From Paramoeba atlantica (taxonomy: Eukaryota > Protista > Discosea), in contig CDRNVI010000041.1 of assembly GCA_977017575.1 (NCBI GenBank), positions 124,001 to 188,000 of the forward strand: a stretch of 64,000 bases of DNA. Direction: 5' to 3'. The translations under genes and the position numbers were made by a program. The notes beneath the pieces are model-generated. The model made no database searches. It saw only the letters and a list, made by a program, of their open reading frames with translations, and was not told the DNA's origin. Each line of letters opens with the position of its first letter. The stretch's first letter is position 1. Below, one piece after another: positions 21,606-31,671 of this stretch.

Positions 21606-24600
21606 CTCCCCCTCTCATTAATAATTATAAACCTCCAAAAATCTTTAAAGGGATCGTTTATAGAAATTTAATGAGATTATAATTCTGATTCTCACTTAGA
21701 TAATTATAAACCTCAAATTCTTCATTTTTTATCTAGAAAGACACCTGTACCACATACTTTACACTAAAAATTGCTTCCAAGTTGAACGAAGTGTCTCGAA
21801 AATCAAGAATTTGGAGTCCATAATAAGAAAAAATCACTTATCGAATCTCATTAATAATTATAAACTATAATTATAATTATAAACTAAATCGCCTCGCGGA
21901 GACAAGCCCATCCTACCCACGGAGCGAACGGAGGATGCGTCCCCCGCAGGAACATTGCTCGAAAGAATAGCAAACGACATAAATCGTCCGCATGAACCAG
22001 AAAATACAGAAGTAAGAGTTCCTTTCACAGAGCTTCTTTCTCGTCCTTTCTTGCGTTCGGTACGCCATGCGCAGATACCCCCGTGGAAGGAGATCTGCAA
22101 GAAGATATGCCTTCCTTTTCGCAAAATCGCGCAAGAAGGGAAAATTGCGATTGTATGGAAATTAACTGAAGCTGTAAAACGCTATCTGTTCCTTACTCCA
22201 CAGCGTATGAGTGAAAGAGCCATGGCACATGAAATACGCTACCGAAGCACTTCTATGGAACCAACTTTTCACGAGAAAGCAGAGAAAAGGATGCAGAGCC
22301 CGATATCGAGCACACTGAGAGCTGATCGATTGGCAAGAGCACGCGCACTGGGCAGAGCAGCACGGGCGCTCGACTCTTCACTAACTCCTCCTCTTCCCCC
22401 GGACGTCGCGCTACGGGTAGCGGAAAAACTCCACAAAAAAGGCTACTTTATACCAGACCCAGCTATCCGCCCAACGAAGGATGTTAAATTGAACGAGGAA
22501 GAGGTCCGAGACGGAGTTTCTCGCATGGCACGGGGGGCCGCTCCCGGTCCATCGGGATGGACCCGGGAGTTGATTTTGCCTCTCTTGGATATCCTGGAAG
22601 TCTTCGAATGCCTGGTGTGGACCCTGGAAGGCATTCTAAACAATAAATTAAAGCCTGATCTCCGAAACGCACTTACGACATCCCGACTCTTGCTCATCCG
22701 AAAAGAGAATTCCCCCCTTACTGACGAGCTCCCGGCCTGTCGCCCTATCGCAGTGGGAGAAGCGTTCCTGAAATTAGCTGGTATCATCATCATCCGCGGA
22801 GTCCGGCCGTCTCTTCCGGATATATTTGGAAATGTCCAGCACGGAGCAGGTTCTCCGAACGGATGCGAAAGCATCATTTGGACCCTTCGACAATCTTTTC
22901 TAAATGAACAGGAAAGCATCTTAGGGACTTTGGACATCAACAATGCCTTTAATTCACTTCAAAGAAAGTTTATAATTGAGGCACTCCGAAAAACGCCTGT
23001 TTTGTAAGAACTCATGGGGATCACTCTGTTCTCATACGGAGCTCCAAGCTGGCTGATGTTTAATGACAACCAAACAAAAAGCTTTTGCGGAGTAAAACAG
23101 GGGGATCCTATGGCGCCCCTGTTGTTCTCTTTAGCTATACAAGAGACACTGCGGTCAACTGCGGAGGAACTCGGTCCTGACATGACGATGCACGCATACC
23201 TAGACGATGATGCGTTCCTCGGACCTCCCGCACTCGTACATCGCGCGTACCTCTTACTTGAAGAGCGCTTTGGACGCCTCGGTCTATTGATTAACCGCAC
23301 TAAGTGTCACGTGAGCACGAGAAAGCAGTGTTAATTTCAGCTTCTGGAATCTTTGGGGGTACAACATAGCCCTTTCGGCCAGAAATTGCTGGGAGCATAC
23401 GTCTCTTGCGAATCTGTCCGGGAGACGAATTGGACCTTGAATCAAGTTCTGAAATTTGAAGAGTTCATCTCAAAGATTCCTCTTCTCTCCAAGCAATGTG
23501 CTTGGGCCGTGCTGCGCTACTGTGGTACGCCAAGATGGAACCATACATACTGTATACTGTATACATACATGTATACTAAGATGTCATCATCCAGTTGTCA
23601 CGGAGAAGGCGAACGGCAGAGTGGACTCGGCGATTCAAAATTGTGCTTCCTTCCTTATGGGTGGTTTGGGGCGTCTAGGAGATGAACTGTTCTCAAAATC
23701 CCTTTTCACAGTTGATCTCTTGGGCACTTTGCCATTCGGGGAAAAAGCACACTTTGTGCACCAACAAGTTATGGGCCGTGTTTTTTGAAAGCAACTCCAG
23801 CGAAACACCGAATCTGTGTCGGAGACTCTCGGACGATAAGGAAAAGATTACTTCTTCCACGGAATCCGTATTGGTCAATCAGTTGCACAACAAAATGTCT
23901 CGCTCATGGATGGAAGCTCTTCCCAACCTAGTGGAATACCTCATGCGCCCAGCGGAATGGGAAGTGGCCATGAGGATGCGGTACCTCATTGCCCCAACCT
24001 CATGGACAGAGGTGCAATGCAAATGTGGAGAATCTTTTCGGAACACTGATTTTGTGGTTCACTCTCTGAATTGCAAGAGAGTCAAAGGGCACACATCGGC
24101 GTCGCGGCACCATATCGTAAAATCTTCCTTCATCTCTCTCCTCCGTCGCTACGGATTTTCTCCGGATGTACACGAACCAAGGTTCGACAACGGCCGCGGC
24201 CCGGACATTTGTTTCCTACTAGGGAATGAACTGACCCTGGTAGACGTAACAGTAGTAAATCCCCTTGCTCCTTCTTACGTGGAGAAAGAAGCGAAGTTCC
24301 CAGGGAGCACCCTGCAGAAGGCGGAAGCTCAAAAAATGTGCCAGCACGAAGACATGGCATCGGCACGCAGTATGAGATTCTTTCCCCTGGCATTTACATG
24401 TTTTGGGGTCCCTGGAAATAGGACGTTATCCTTCCTGCGCAAGTGCGGAAGCTTTACGAAGGACCAGGGCGGCTTCGTCAAGCACGCACTTATGTGCCTA
24501 GGGATCACGATGCAGCGAGGGAACGCAATGATGAGTTCCTCCGCCGTCCATGATTGGCGAGTGAACGGCGTTCGATAGCTACTCTTGGTCAGGAGGCATT

Positions 24601-24737
24601 GCCTGTGCGACGACAATGCCGGGGCCTAGCGCACCCCACCATCCGAGCTTTCCTCCACCGTCATTATTACTATTATTATCATCATTCAACTAAAAAGGTT
24701 TATAGATTATAATTATAATTATTAATGAGAGGGGGAG
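21606..24737. mobile_element. TA-flanked non-autonomous DNA element (TIR CTCCCCCTCTCATTAATAATTATA) hosting a nested CRE-like insertion
   Basis: TA|CTCCCCCTCTCATTAATAATTATA at 21604 and its reverse complement ending 24737|TA; solo ends of the same family at 58015 and 30977. Confidence 0.85.
21880..24690 (+). mobile_element. CRE/SLACS/CZAR-clade non-LTR retrotransposon (RT + RLE), 5'-truncated and frameshifted
   Basis: AAPGPSGWTRE, RPIAVGE, LDINNAFNS, GVKQGDPMAPLLF, AYLDD, CKCG..HSLNC..RHH, PDI..LVDVTVVNP; (TAT/CAT)n tail; AACTAAA on both flanks. Confidence 0.9.
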
Positions 24738-24739
24738 TA

Positions 24740-25012
24740 TTTCGACGAATTTCTCCCATGCTGCGCCTGTAGCATAAACTTCGCCTGTTGGTAGAATGAG
24801 GAGCGCGCCCCATCCATTCATGGAGGCGTCCGCATACAAAATTGCACGTCTATCATAATTTCTTGGTTGTAACGTATGTTTAAATCTAATGGTTTGGACT
24901 TGAAGTAACCATGTCGAGATTTGACAGTGCACGCACTGCGGCATTTTTGGTTCTTTTTGAGATGCGTGGCTTGCCGTCGTGTATACTTAATTGCCCAATA
25001 AAAGTGTGGCAA
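24740..25012 (-). mobile_element. RT-connection/RNase H remnant of the YR retroelement (duplicate at 12592-12664 + 13393-13528)
   Basis: FYWAIKYTRR and ILYADASMNGWGALLILPTGEVYATGAAW (DIRS/VIPER/TATE-type DAS..GWG motif). Confidence 0.8.
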
Positions 25013-26746
25013 AAAAAAACAAATAGCTAATTAATATTGTTAGCTAGGGAGGTGGGGTGCGCTATGCCCCTACACCTTAGGTAATGCAATAAGGCGCCCC
25101 TTGACCCAAGAAAACCATTCCAACTTTTTAGGGTGGATTAAAAAATCAACACGCTCCAAAGATTATCCTGAATGGCATCTACCCTAGTTACTTAGTACCT
25201 CGTTACGTTCGGTACCGGGCGGTGCCATTCCGCGCTGTCAAAATGACAGCTACCCTAGTTATTTAGTGCCTTTTTTTGGCACGGGGTACTGTCATTTGAG
25301 GGGAGTATGGGGCGGGGCGGGGAGGGCGCAGCGGGGCAAATGGGGCGGCGAAGGGGACGGCGACGGGGGCGAAGAGGAGTGCAACGCGGCGGCCAATGGG
25401 CGGTGAAAGATGACGGTGAGGAGGGCAGTGAAAGAGCGGCGGAGGGCGCAGCGCAGAGGGCGGCGGAGGGCGTAGCGCAGGGGGCGGCGGAGGGCGCAAC
25501 GCAAGGGGCGTCGGAGGGGGCAATAGTAAGGAGTACAGGGGGGCGTCGGCGGGGGCAAAAGGCGGCGTCCGCGGCGGCAAAATGGGCGGCTAAAGAGGGG
25601 TTCTTCGTCCGGTAGGGGTGACGGGGCACATGTGGGAAATAGGTTTAGAAAATAAACAACAAGATACAGTACTCGCATAAATTAATCATGCGATAGTGGT
25701 TTCAAGCACGTGGAAAGAGATTTTTTATTGGAATCTTGTTTAGAAATTTTTCAGTAAGATTATACGTGCGCTGTGCATGGTTGTATTCAATGTCCAGGAA
25801 TTCGTATGTTGTTCCGTTCGACGAATCAGTGAGTTTGAAAGTCATTTTCAAAAACTGGGAACGATTTTCATTCTTATTTGTCATACGCTTATAAAGTTTA
25901 GTGGACGGTAGGGATAAATATTTGATGAAAAATTGATTTTTTTCAAAAAAGATTCAAATACTGTACCCCCCCCTACTTATCTGTCACTATTTTTCGCGGA
26001 AAGATGACAGATAACTAGGGAGGTAGGGGTGTGACAGATAACTTGGCTGATCAGTGTGCGACAGATAACTAAGGGGGTTCTGTCACAAAAAAAAAGTCAG
26101 AACATGGAAAAAAAAGTCACTGACCAGTCCCAAGTAGTCGTTAGGGGCGTTCAAACGCCCACAAGAGCGTCTCCTTACGCTGCCATATTGTACTGTCCAC
26201 CAGAATGTTACCTTTCTGGGTGATCTACCGATGGGAAATGTTTCGATAGAGTGAATTGGTATGCCATGTTACTAAAGAAATTAATAAAATTATGCGCTCA
26301 GAGACGCTGAACATGACTTCAAACGTTCGAAAAATCTTTGTGAGCAATTTCGAAAAAAAATTATTTTTCGTTAAATATTTGTCCCTACCTTCGGCCCATC
26401 ATTCTGAGGTATAAATGTAAAAGCAGCGGCAAGTGTGTCTCGAAGGATACGGAGCATATGGGCATCCAAAACGTTACCGTCTACGGCGGTTATACCCCGA
26501 GGGGCACGGAGACTATGAGCCTCGCTGCACAGAGAATGGTGTACTCCCAGGCGGGGACCAAGCGAATTTGTGCATGATAATTTGATGGATCTTAAAAGAT
26601 CGCACATAGATCTCGACAGAAAACTTTTCAGTTATTTAAAAGAATCATTTTTCGAAGAAAGAGATTTAGAGAATCGAAATAAAATCACTTTTCTGGTCAC
26701 TAAATGTACGTTGCTAAATGATTCAAAATAGATTGACCTACATGTA
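24804..26746. repeat. Segmental duplication copy B (includes second family-A element ~25013-25884)
   Basis: Identical ORF translations to copy A in the ORF track apart from F/L at one codon. Confidence 0.92.
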
Positions 26747-27635
26747 CACTGAGTTGCGCATTTTCGGAACTGAGTGGGAACAGTATGCAAATTAAACGCC
26801 ATCGATTGCGCGACCTCCTTTACTTATTTAAGTATAAGTACAAAAGAAAGAAAAACACTCTGAATCTGACCCCTGCAAAGAAGGAAGCCCGGGTGCTGTT
26901 TTGTCAGGCTTTGTTGAAAGAGCAACAACTCACAGGAGGACTCTTTTTAAAGAAACTCCTTATAACTGATGAAACGTATGTACATGCCGGGGACGGTACT
27001 CGAAAAGCTTGGCAAAGTGATGAAGATGTTGTTTCTCGATCGCGGGTACATCATCCCACTAAAGTCATGCTCTGGGGTGGCATAGACATTCAAGGTAATA
27101 TCCTTTGGCATTGGTGTAACAACTTTACAGAGTTTTACGCACACGAGGCCACACGCTCTTTGTATCCCGGTGAAAGTCGTGAGATCCCCCCTCCTGGTCG
27201 CAAATTAGGAAAATATTACTACCGAAAGGAAATCTTGATGAAACAGTGGATTCCTTACCATGCATCTCACCTTAACATGATTTTTCAGGATGACGGAGCA
27301 CCGCCACATACGGCGAAGAAGACAATGATGTGGTGGGGGACGAGGGATGAAATAGGTACTCAAAGTCTGCGCACCTACAAAAGTTCCGATGGAGCTATTC
27401 TCCCGAAATGGCCGGCGGATTCTCCTGACCTTTCTCCTATTTAATACAGGAGAAGAATAAAAAGTGTCCGAATACGCAATCCGAGATTATCCAGGTATCT
27501 GAAGAATTTTTGAGGAGTCCAAAAGCTCGTGAGCTGGCTCAAACAGTAGTTGACTCCTTTGAAAGAAGGCTGCAAGAGTGTGTAGCAAATGGTGGAAATC
27601 GGGTGAATTATTAACTTTTTAACATTAGCACAGTG
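26747..27635 (+). mobile_element. Tc1-like transposase pseudogene (N-terminally truncated, catalytic E region deleted)
   Basis: LITDETYV, VMLWGGI, IFQDDGAPPH, WPADSPDLSPI, then frameshifted VVDSFERRLQECVANGGNRVNY*; TA|CACTG left and CAGTG|TA right, with only 5 bp of TIR match. Confidence 0.82.
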
Positions 27636-28581
27636 TATGGGCATTATGTGGGAGGGGAAAAGGATACAATCCCTTTTGGTATTTTCTTCGTGAGATAAAT
27701 AGATAGATTATAGTATCTACTTTTGTATGATAGTAAGATCCGTATTTAAGAAAGATTTATTTATTTTTATAATCAAATTTTTAAATTTCACTGATGCCGG
27801 ACACACTCAGCATGGGAAAGAATGGTCGGGAGCTCCTTGTGGCCTTCTCTGGAACAGTCATCTTTCAGATGGTACTGGCGCTGACCGTCTCATCTTAATA
27901 GATTGTAGAAGTTGTAGAAATATGCTCCTCTTCTGACTCATCCTTTCCGTCTTCTCCAACAAAAGTTTCCGTCAAAATTGACTTTTTAGGTCGACAGAAG
28001 GTTCCACAAGTTCAGTCAAAATAAACTTTTTAGGTCGACACAAGATTCCACAATGCGATATTTCAGTTGCTTGCAATATTTTTCCTCGGGAGCCCCTGCC
28101 GAGATCTCTTCAAAACAGACATTATTTCCCCTTTAGCGCACCTCATACGTCCAGGAAAACTGTAACAATATGGCATGAACGGGGGTGTATTGGACCAAGC
28201 TAATTTGTGCATGATAATTTGATGGATCTTAAAAGATCGCACATAGATCTCGAATGAAAACTTTTAAGTGATTTAAAATAATCATTTTTCGAAGAGTTTG
28301 ATTCGAAATAAAATCACTTTTCTGGTCACTAAATGTACGTTGCTAAATGATTCAAAATAGATTGACCTACATGTAGATCTCTATGGATTAGTTTTATTAC
28401 TTCTCAATGCAGGTATAGATATTACGTCACTTATCCTCATCATTTAAAGAAAACAAATAAATCATCTAGCAGGCTAAGGGACGGTACGCGCGATACCTTT
28501 CGTAGTCCTATTACAACACGCTTTACCATTGTTAGCTTCAAATTCAAAGAACCTGCTTACATAGATACTTTCTTTTACAAA

Positions 28582-29934
28582 ATGGGTAAAGAAAAGATTC
28601 ACATTAACCTGGTTGTCATCGGTCACGTCGACGCAGGAAAGTCTACTGCCACAGGCCACCTCATCTACAAATGCGGCGGTATCGACAAGCGAACGATTGA
28701 GAAGTTTGAAAAAGAAGCAGCAGAAATGGGTAAAGCATCATTTAAGTACGCCTGGGTTCTGGACAAGCTTAAGGCGGAACGCGAACGTGGTATTACGATC
28801 GATATTGCTTTGTGGAAATTCGAATCCCCGAAATGCGTTTTCACGATCATCGACGCCCCTGGACATCGTGACTTCATTAAAAACATGATTACGGGAACTT
28901 CCCAGGCCGATGCCGCTATTCTCGTCATCGCTTCCGGTACGGGTGAGTTCGAAGCTGGCATCAGCGGTGATGGTCAAACACGCGAGCACGCCCTCCTCGC
29001 ATTCACGCTGGGTGTAAAGCAAATGATTGTAGCTGTGAACAAGATGGATGACAAGTCAGTGAACTACTCCCAGAGCCGCTTTGATGAGATCAAGAAGGAA
29101 GTATCCATGTACCTCAAGAAAGTTGGATACAACGTGGATAAGGTACAGTTCGTGCCTATTTCCGGGTGGATGGGCGACAACATGATTGAACAGTCCGCCA
29201 ACATGTCGTGGTACAAAGGGCCAACTTTACTTCAAGCGCTCGACAACCTTGACGCCCCGGTCCGTCCCGTCGACAAACCCCTGCGTCTCCCTCTTCAGGA
29301 CGTGTACAAGATCGGCGGCATTGGTACGGTGCCGGTAGGCCGTGTGGAGACGGGTGTGCTACGCCCAGGTGACGTTGTCACGTTTGCTCCGACGAACCTG
29401 ACCACGGAGGTGAAGTCCATTGAAATGCACCACGAGGCGCTTCCGGAGGCTACCCCAGGCATGAACATTGGGTTCAACGTGAAAAATGTATCTGTAAAGG
29501 ATATTCGCCGAGGATACGTGTGCGGTAACTCTAAACAGGACCCACCGAAGGAATGCGAGTCGTTTGTTGCCCAGGTCATTGTGCTCAATCACCCGGGTCA
29601 GATCTCCCAAGGCTATGCTCCCGTGCTGGACTGCCACACGGCTCACATTGCGTGCAAGTTCTCCGAATTGGAGTCCAAGATCGATCGCCGCTCGGGTAAG
29701 GAGCTAGAAAAGAATCCGAAGAGCGTGAAGAACGGTGACGCGGCTATGGTCCGAATGACACCGCAGAAGCCGATGTGCGTGGAGACGTTCACGGAGTACC
29801 CACCCCTCGGCCGTTTCGCTGTCCGGGATATGCGACAAACGGTGGCAGTGGGTGTGATCAAGCAGGTTCAGAAGAAAGAGCCCTCTGGCGGAAAGGTGAC
29901 AAAGGCGGCGCAGAAGGCGCAAGGAAAGAAGTAA
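28582..29934 (+). CDS. TEF1: Translation elongation factor 1-alpha, copy 2
   Basis: Full 450-aa ORF, same protein as copy 3. Confidence 0.99.
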   Translation: MGKEKIHINLVVIGHVDAGKSTATGHLIYKCGGIDKRTIEKFEKEAAEMGKASFKYAWVLDKLKAERERGITIDIALWKFESPKCVFTIIDAPGHRDFIKNMITGTSQADAAILVIASGTGEFEAGISGDGQTREHALLAFTLGVKQMIVAVNKMDDKSVNYSQSRFDEIKKEVSMYLKKVGYNVDKVQFVPISGWMGDNMIEQSANMSWYKGPTLLQALDNLDAPVRPVDKPLRLPLQDVYKIGGIGTVPVGRVETGVLRPGDVVTFAPTNLTTEVKSIEMHHEALPEATPGMNIGFNVKNVSVKDIRRGYVCGNSKQDPPKECESFVAQVIVLNHPGQISQGYAPVLDCHTAHIACKFSELESKIDRRSGKELEKNPKSVKNGDAAMVRMTPQKPMCVETFTEYPPLGRFAVRDMRQTVAVGVIKQVQKKEPSGGKVTKAAQKAQGKK

Positions 29935-30275
29935 GTCTTTTTCGTGTCTTGTGTTAGTGGTAATATGGGCGAAGAAGCACGTTATTATTTGCAAGATTAG
30001 TTTTGTGATAGTTGTAGAATCAAGAGACATTGAAAAGTTATTTCTGAAAGAAGCCAAACTTTTTATTCCATTTTTTGTCAAGGAAATGAAGTACGCATTA
30101 CAAAAGAATATCACTTAGATGATTGCTTATTTTTGACATGTCAGAATTATAACTTGAAATACTTTTTAGGCCGAAATTCTTTCTCTTATAATTCGCGTAG
30201 TACGACTATCAAAGGTGTTAAATATGCGAGAAAATATCCTTACTGCATATTTTATTGTTTTATTTTCTTATTTCA

Positions 30276-30865
30276 ATGTTTATCTTGGCGGCCGATAGTG
30301 GATCCTACCAAGGATCCAACAAAGTAAGCGGTACTCGGCTTCCTCCTGTATACGATCTAGTTCGTTTCACGGCGAATGTGACAGGTCTACTACCACATTG
30401 GAATGAAAGTACCCCCATCGAGGAGTAGTCGGCATACATTGCAACGAAAAAGGAGAAATTGTGAACATTATCTGGTCGGGCCACGGACTTGCAGGTACCC
30501 CATCATGGGAGTACCTCCCGGACACACTTATTTCATTGGATTTAGGACCTTTTTGTGAAATGGTAAGGATTCTGAATAATCTGGACGGGCGAGTGCCGTT
30601 TCGGTCTCTTCCGTCAAAACTTGAAGATTTAGCTCTTCGTGAAAATATGTTTTCAGGTTCTGTAGAGTTGTGTTTCTTGCCAAAGCAGTTGCGCTGCATG
30701 GATCTTGGCTTTAACAATTTCGAAGGTGAAGTTATCTTCACACACTTACCTTCCTCTATGACCGTTTTGGATGTTGAAGGGAACGTGCAACTTAGAGGAC
30801 GACTAGATGGTATGTCGCATAAATGTACTATTCGATTTTTGCAAACTCTTATTTCGAAGGCATAG
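30276..30865 (+). pseudogene. LRR gene copy 2, frameshifted
   Basis: GAGGAGTAGTCGGC versus GAGGAGTGGGTCGGC in copy 1 (net 1-nt loss, TGG to TAG) at ~30425. Confidence 0.8.
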
Positions 30866-31671
30866 TTTTCGTGTTTTGTCGTCGCGGATGCGCACCTCTT
30901 CTGTGGATGGCACAGTATGACACGAGACTATTTTTGAGATTATGATTTATCATTATCAAAATTAGTCAGAGGGGGAGTAGTAACCGGAGGATTTGGGAAC
31001 CAATAATACGAATTGAAAAGAAACCACCTTTACACACCCACACGAAACCCACACCACACCCACAACCATGCGAATTATACGAATTGAAAGTGACGACGAA
31101 ACAGTTGAGCGATGAATAACCAAACGAGTACTCAAGAGAAAGTGCAAAACTCATCAATGAATTCTGCAAAGAGAGAGAAGCCGGGGCCCAAACTAAAAAA
31201 GGTGCCCAGAATTGTGATATTTACATGTATATTGATAAATGCTGATTACCATTTACATTGCACCTTTAAAGCCAGAGTGGAGGGACAATGTATCGTCAAA
31301 AATTCTTCATGAGCCTTCGCTTTTAAAATTCTTCATAAGCCTTCGCTCTTCGTCTCTCAGTTGAGCCCATGGAACCCGACCTGCCCCCCTACGATTCCCA
31401 GTGCGCCACTGAATATTTACATTTGCCATGACGACACAATGCGTCGTAGGAATAGGTGCCTTAAGAACCTCGTGGGCACAAACGCTGGAGGAGAACCGAT
31501 CACCCACTAAAATATCGTCCAATTGTCTTTTTACGCGGTTTATAACTTTCCCGTTTATAACTTCATTCGTCTTTCATGTTTTATTTTTCCCTTCAACTGA
31601 TCTGTTAACTTTTTGGCTTTCTTTTCCTCTGCAAGGTAGCTCGCACGTCCATTTTCGCCGACTGGGACAGA

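Noticed and set aside
23005-23340. Stop-codon reassignment (Blastocrithidia-like code) to explain in-frame stops
   Set aside because: All long host ORFs are open in the standard code and end at TAA, TAG or TGA; interruptions are confined to TEs and LRR copies and include frameshifts
24586-24650. Assignment of the conserved 3' motif to HDV, twister, pistol or hammerhead ribozymes
   Set aside because: Partial word matches only (CAATGCCGG, CCTAGCG); the required pairings and catalytic cores are absent
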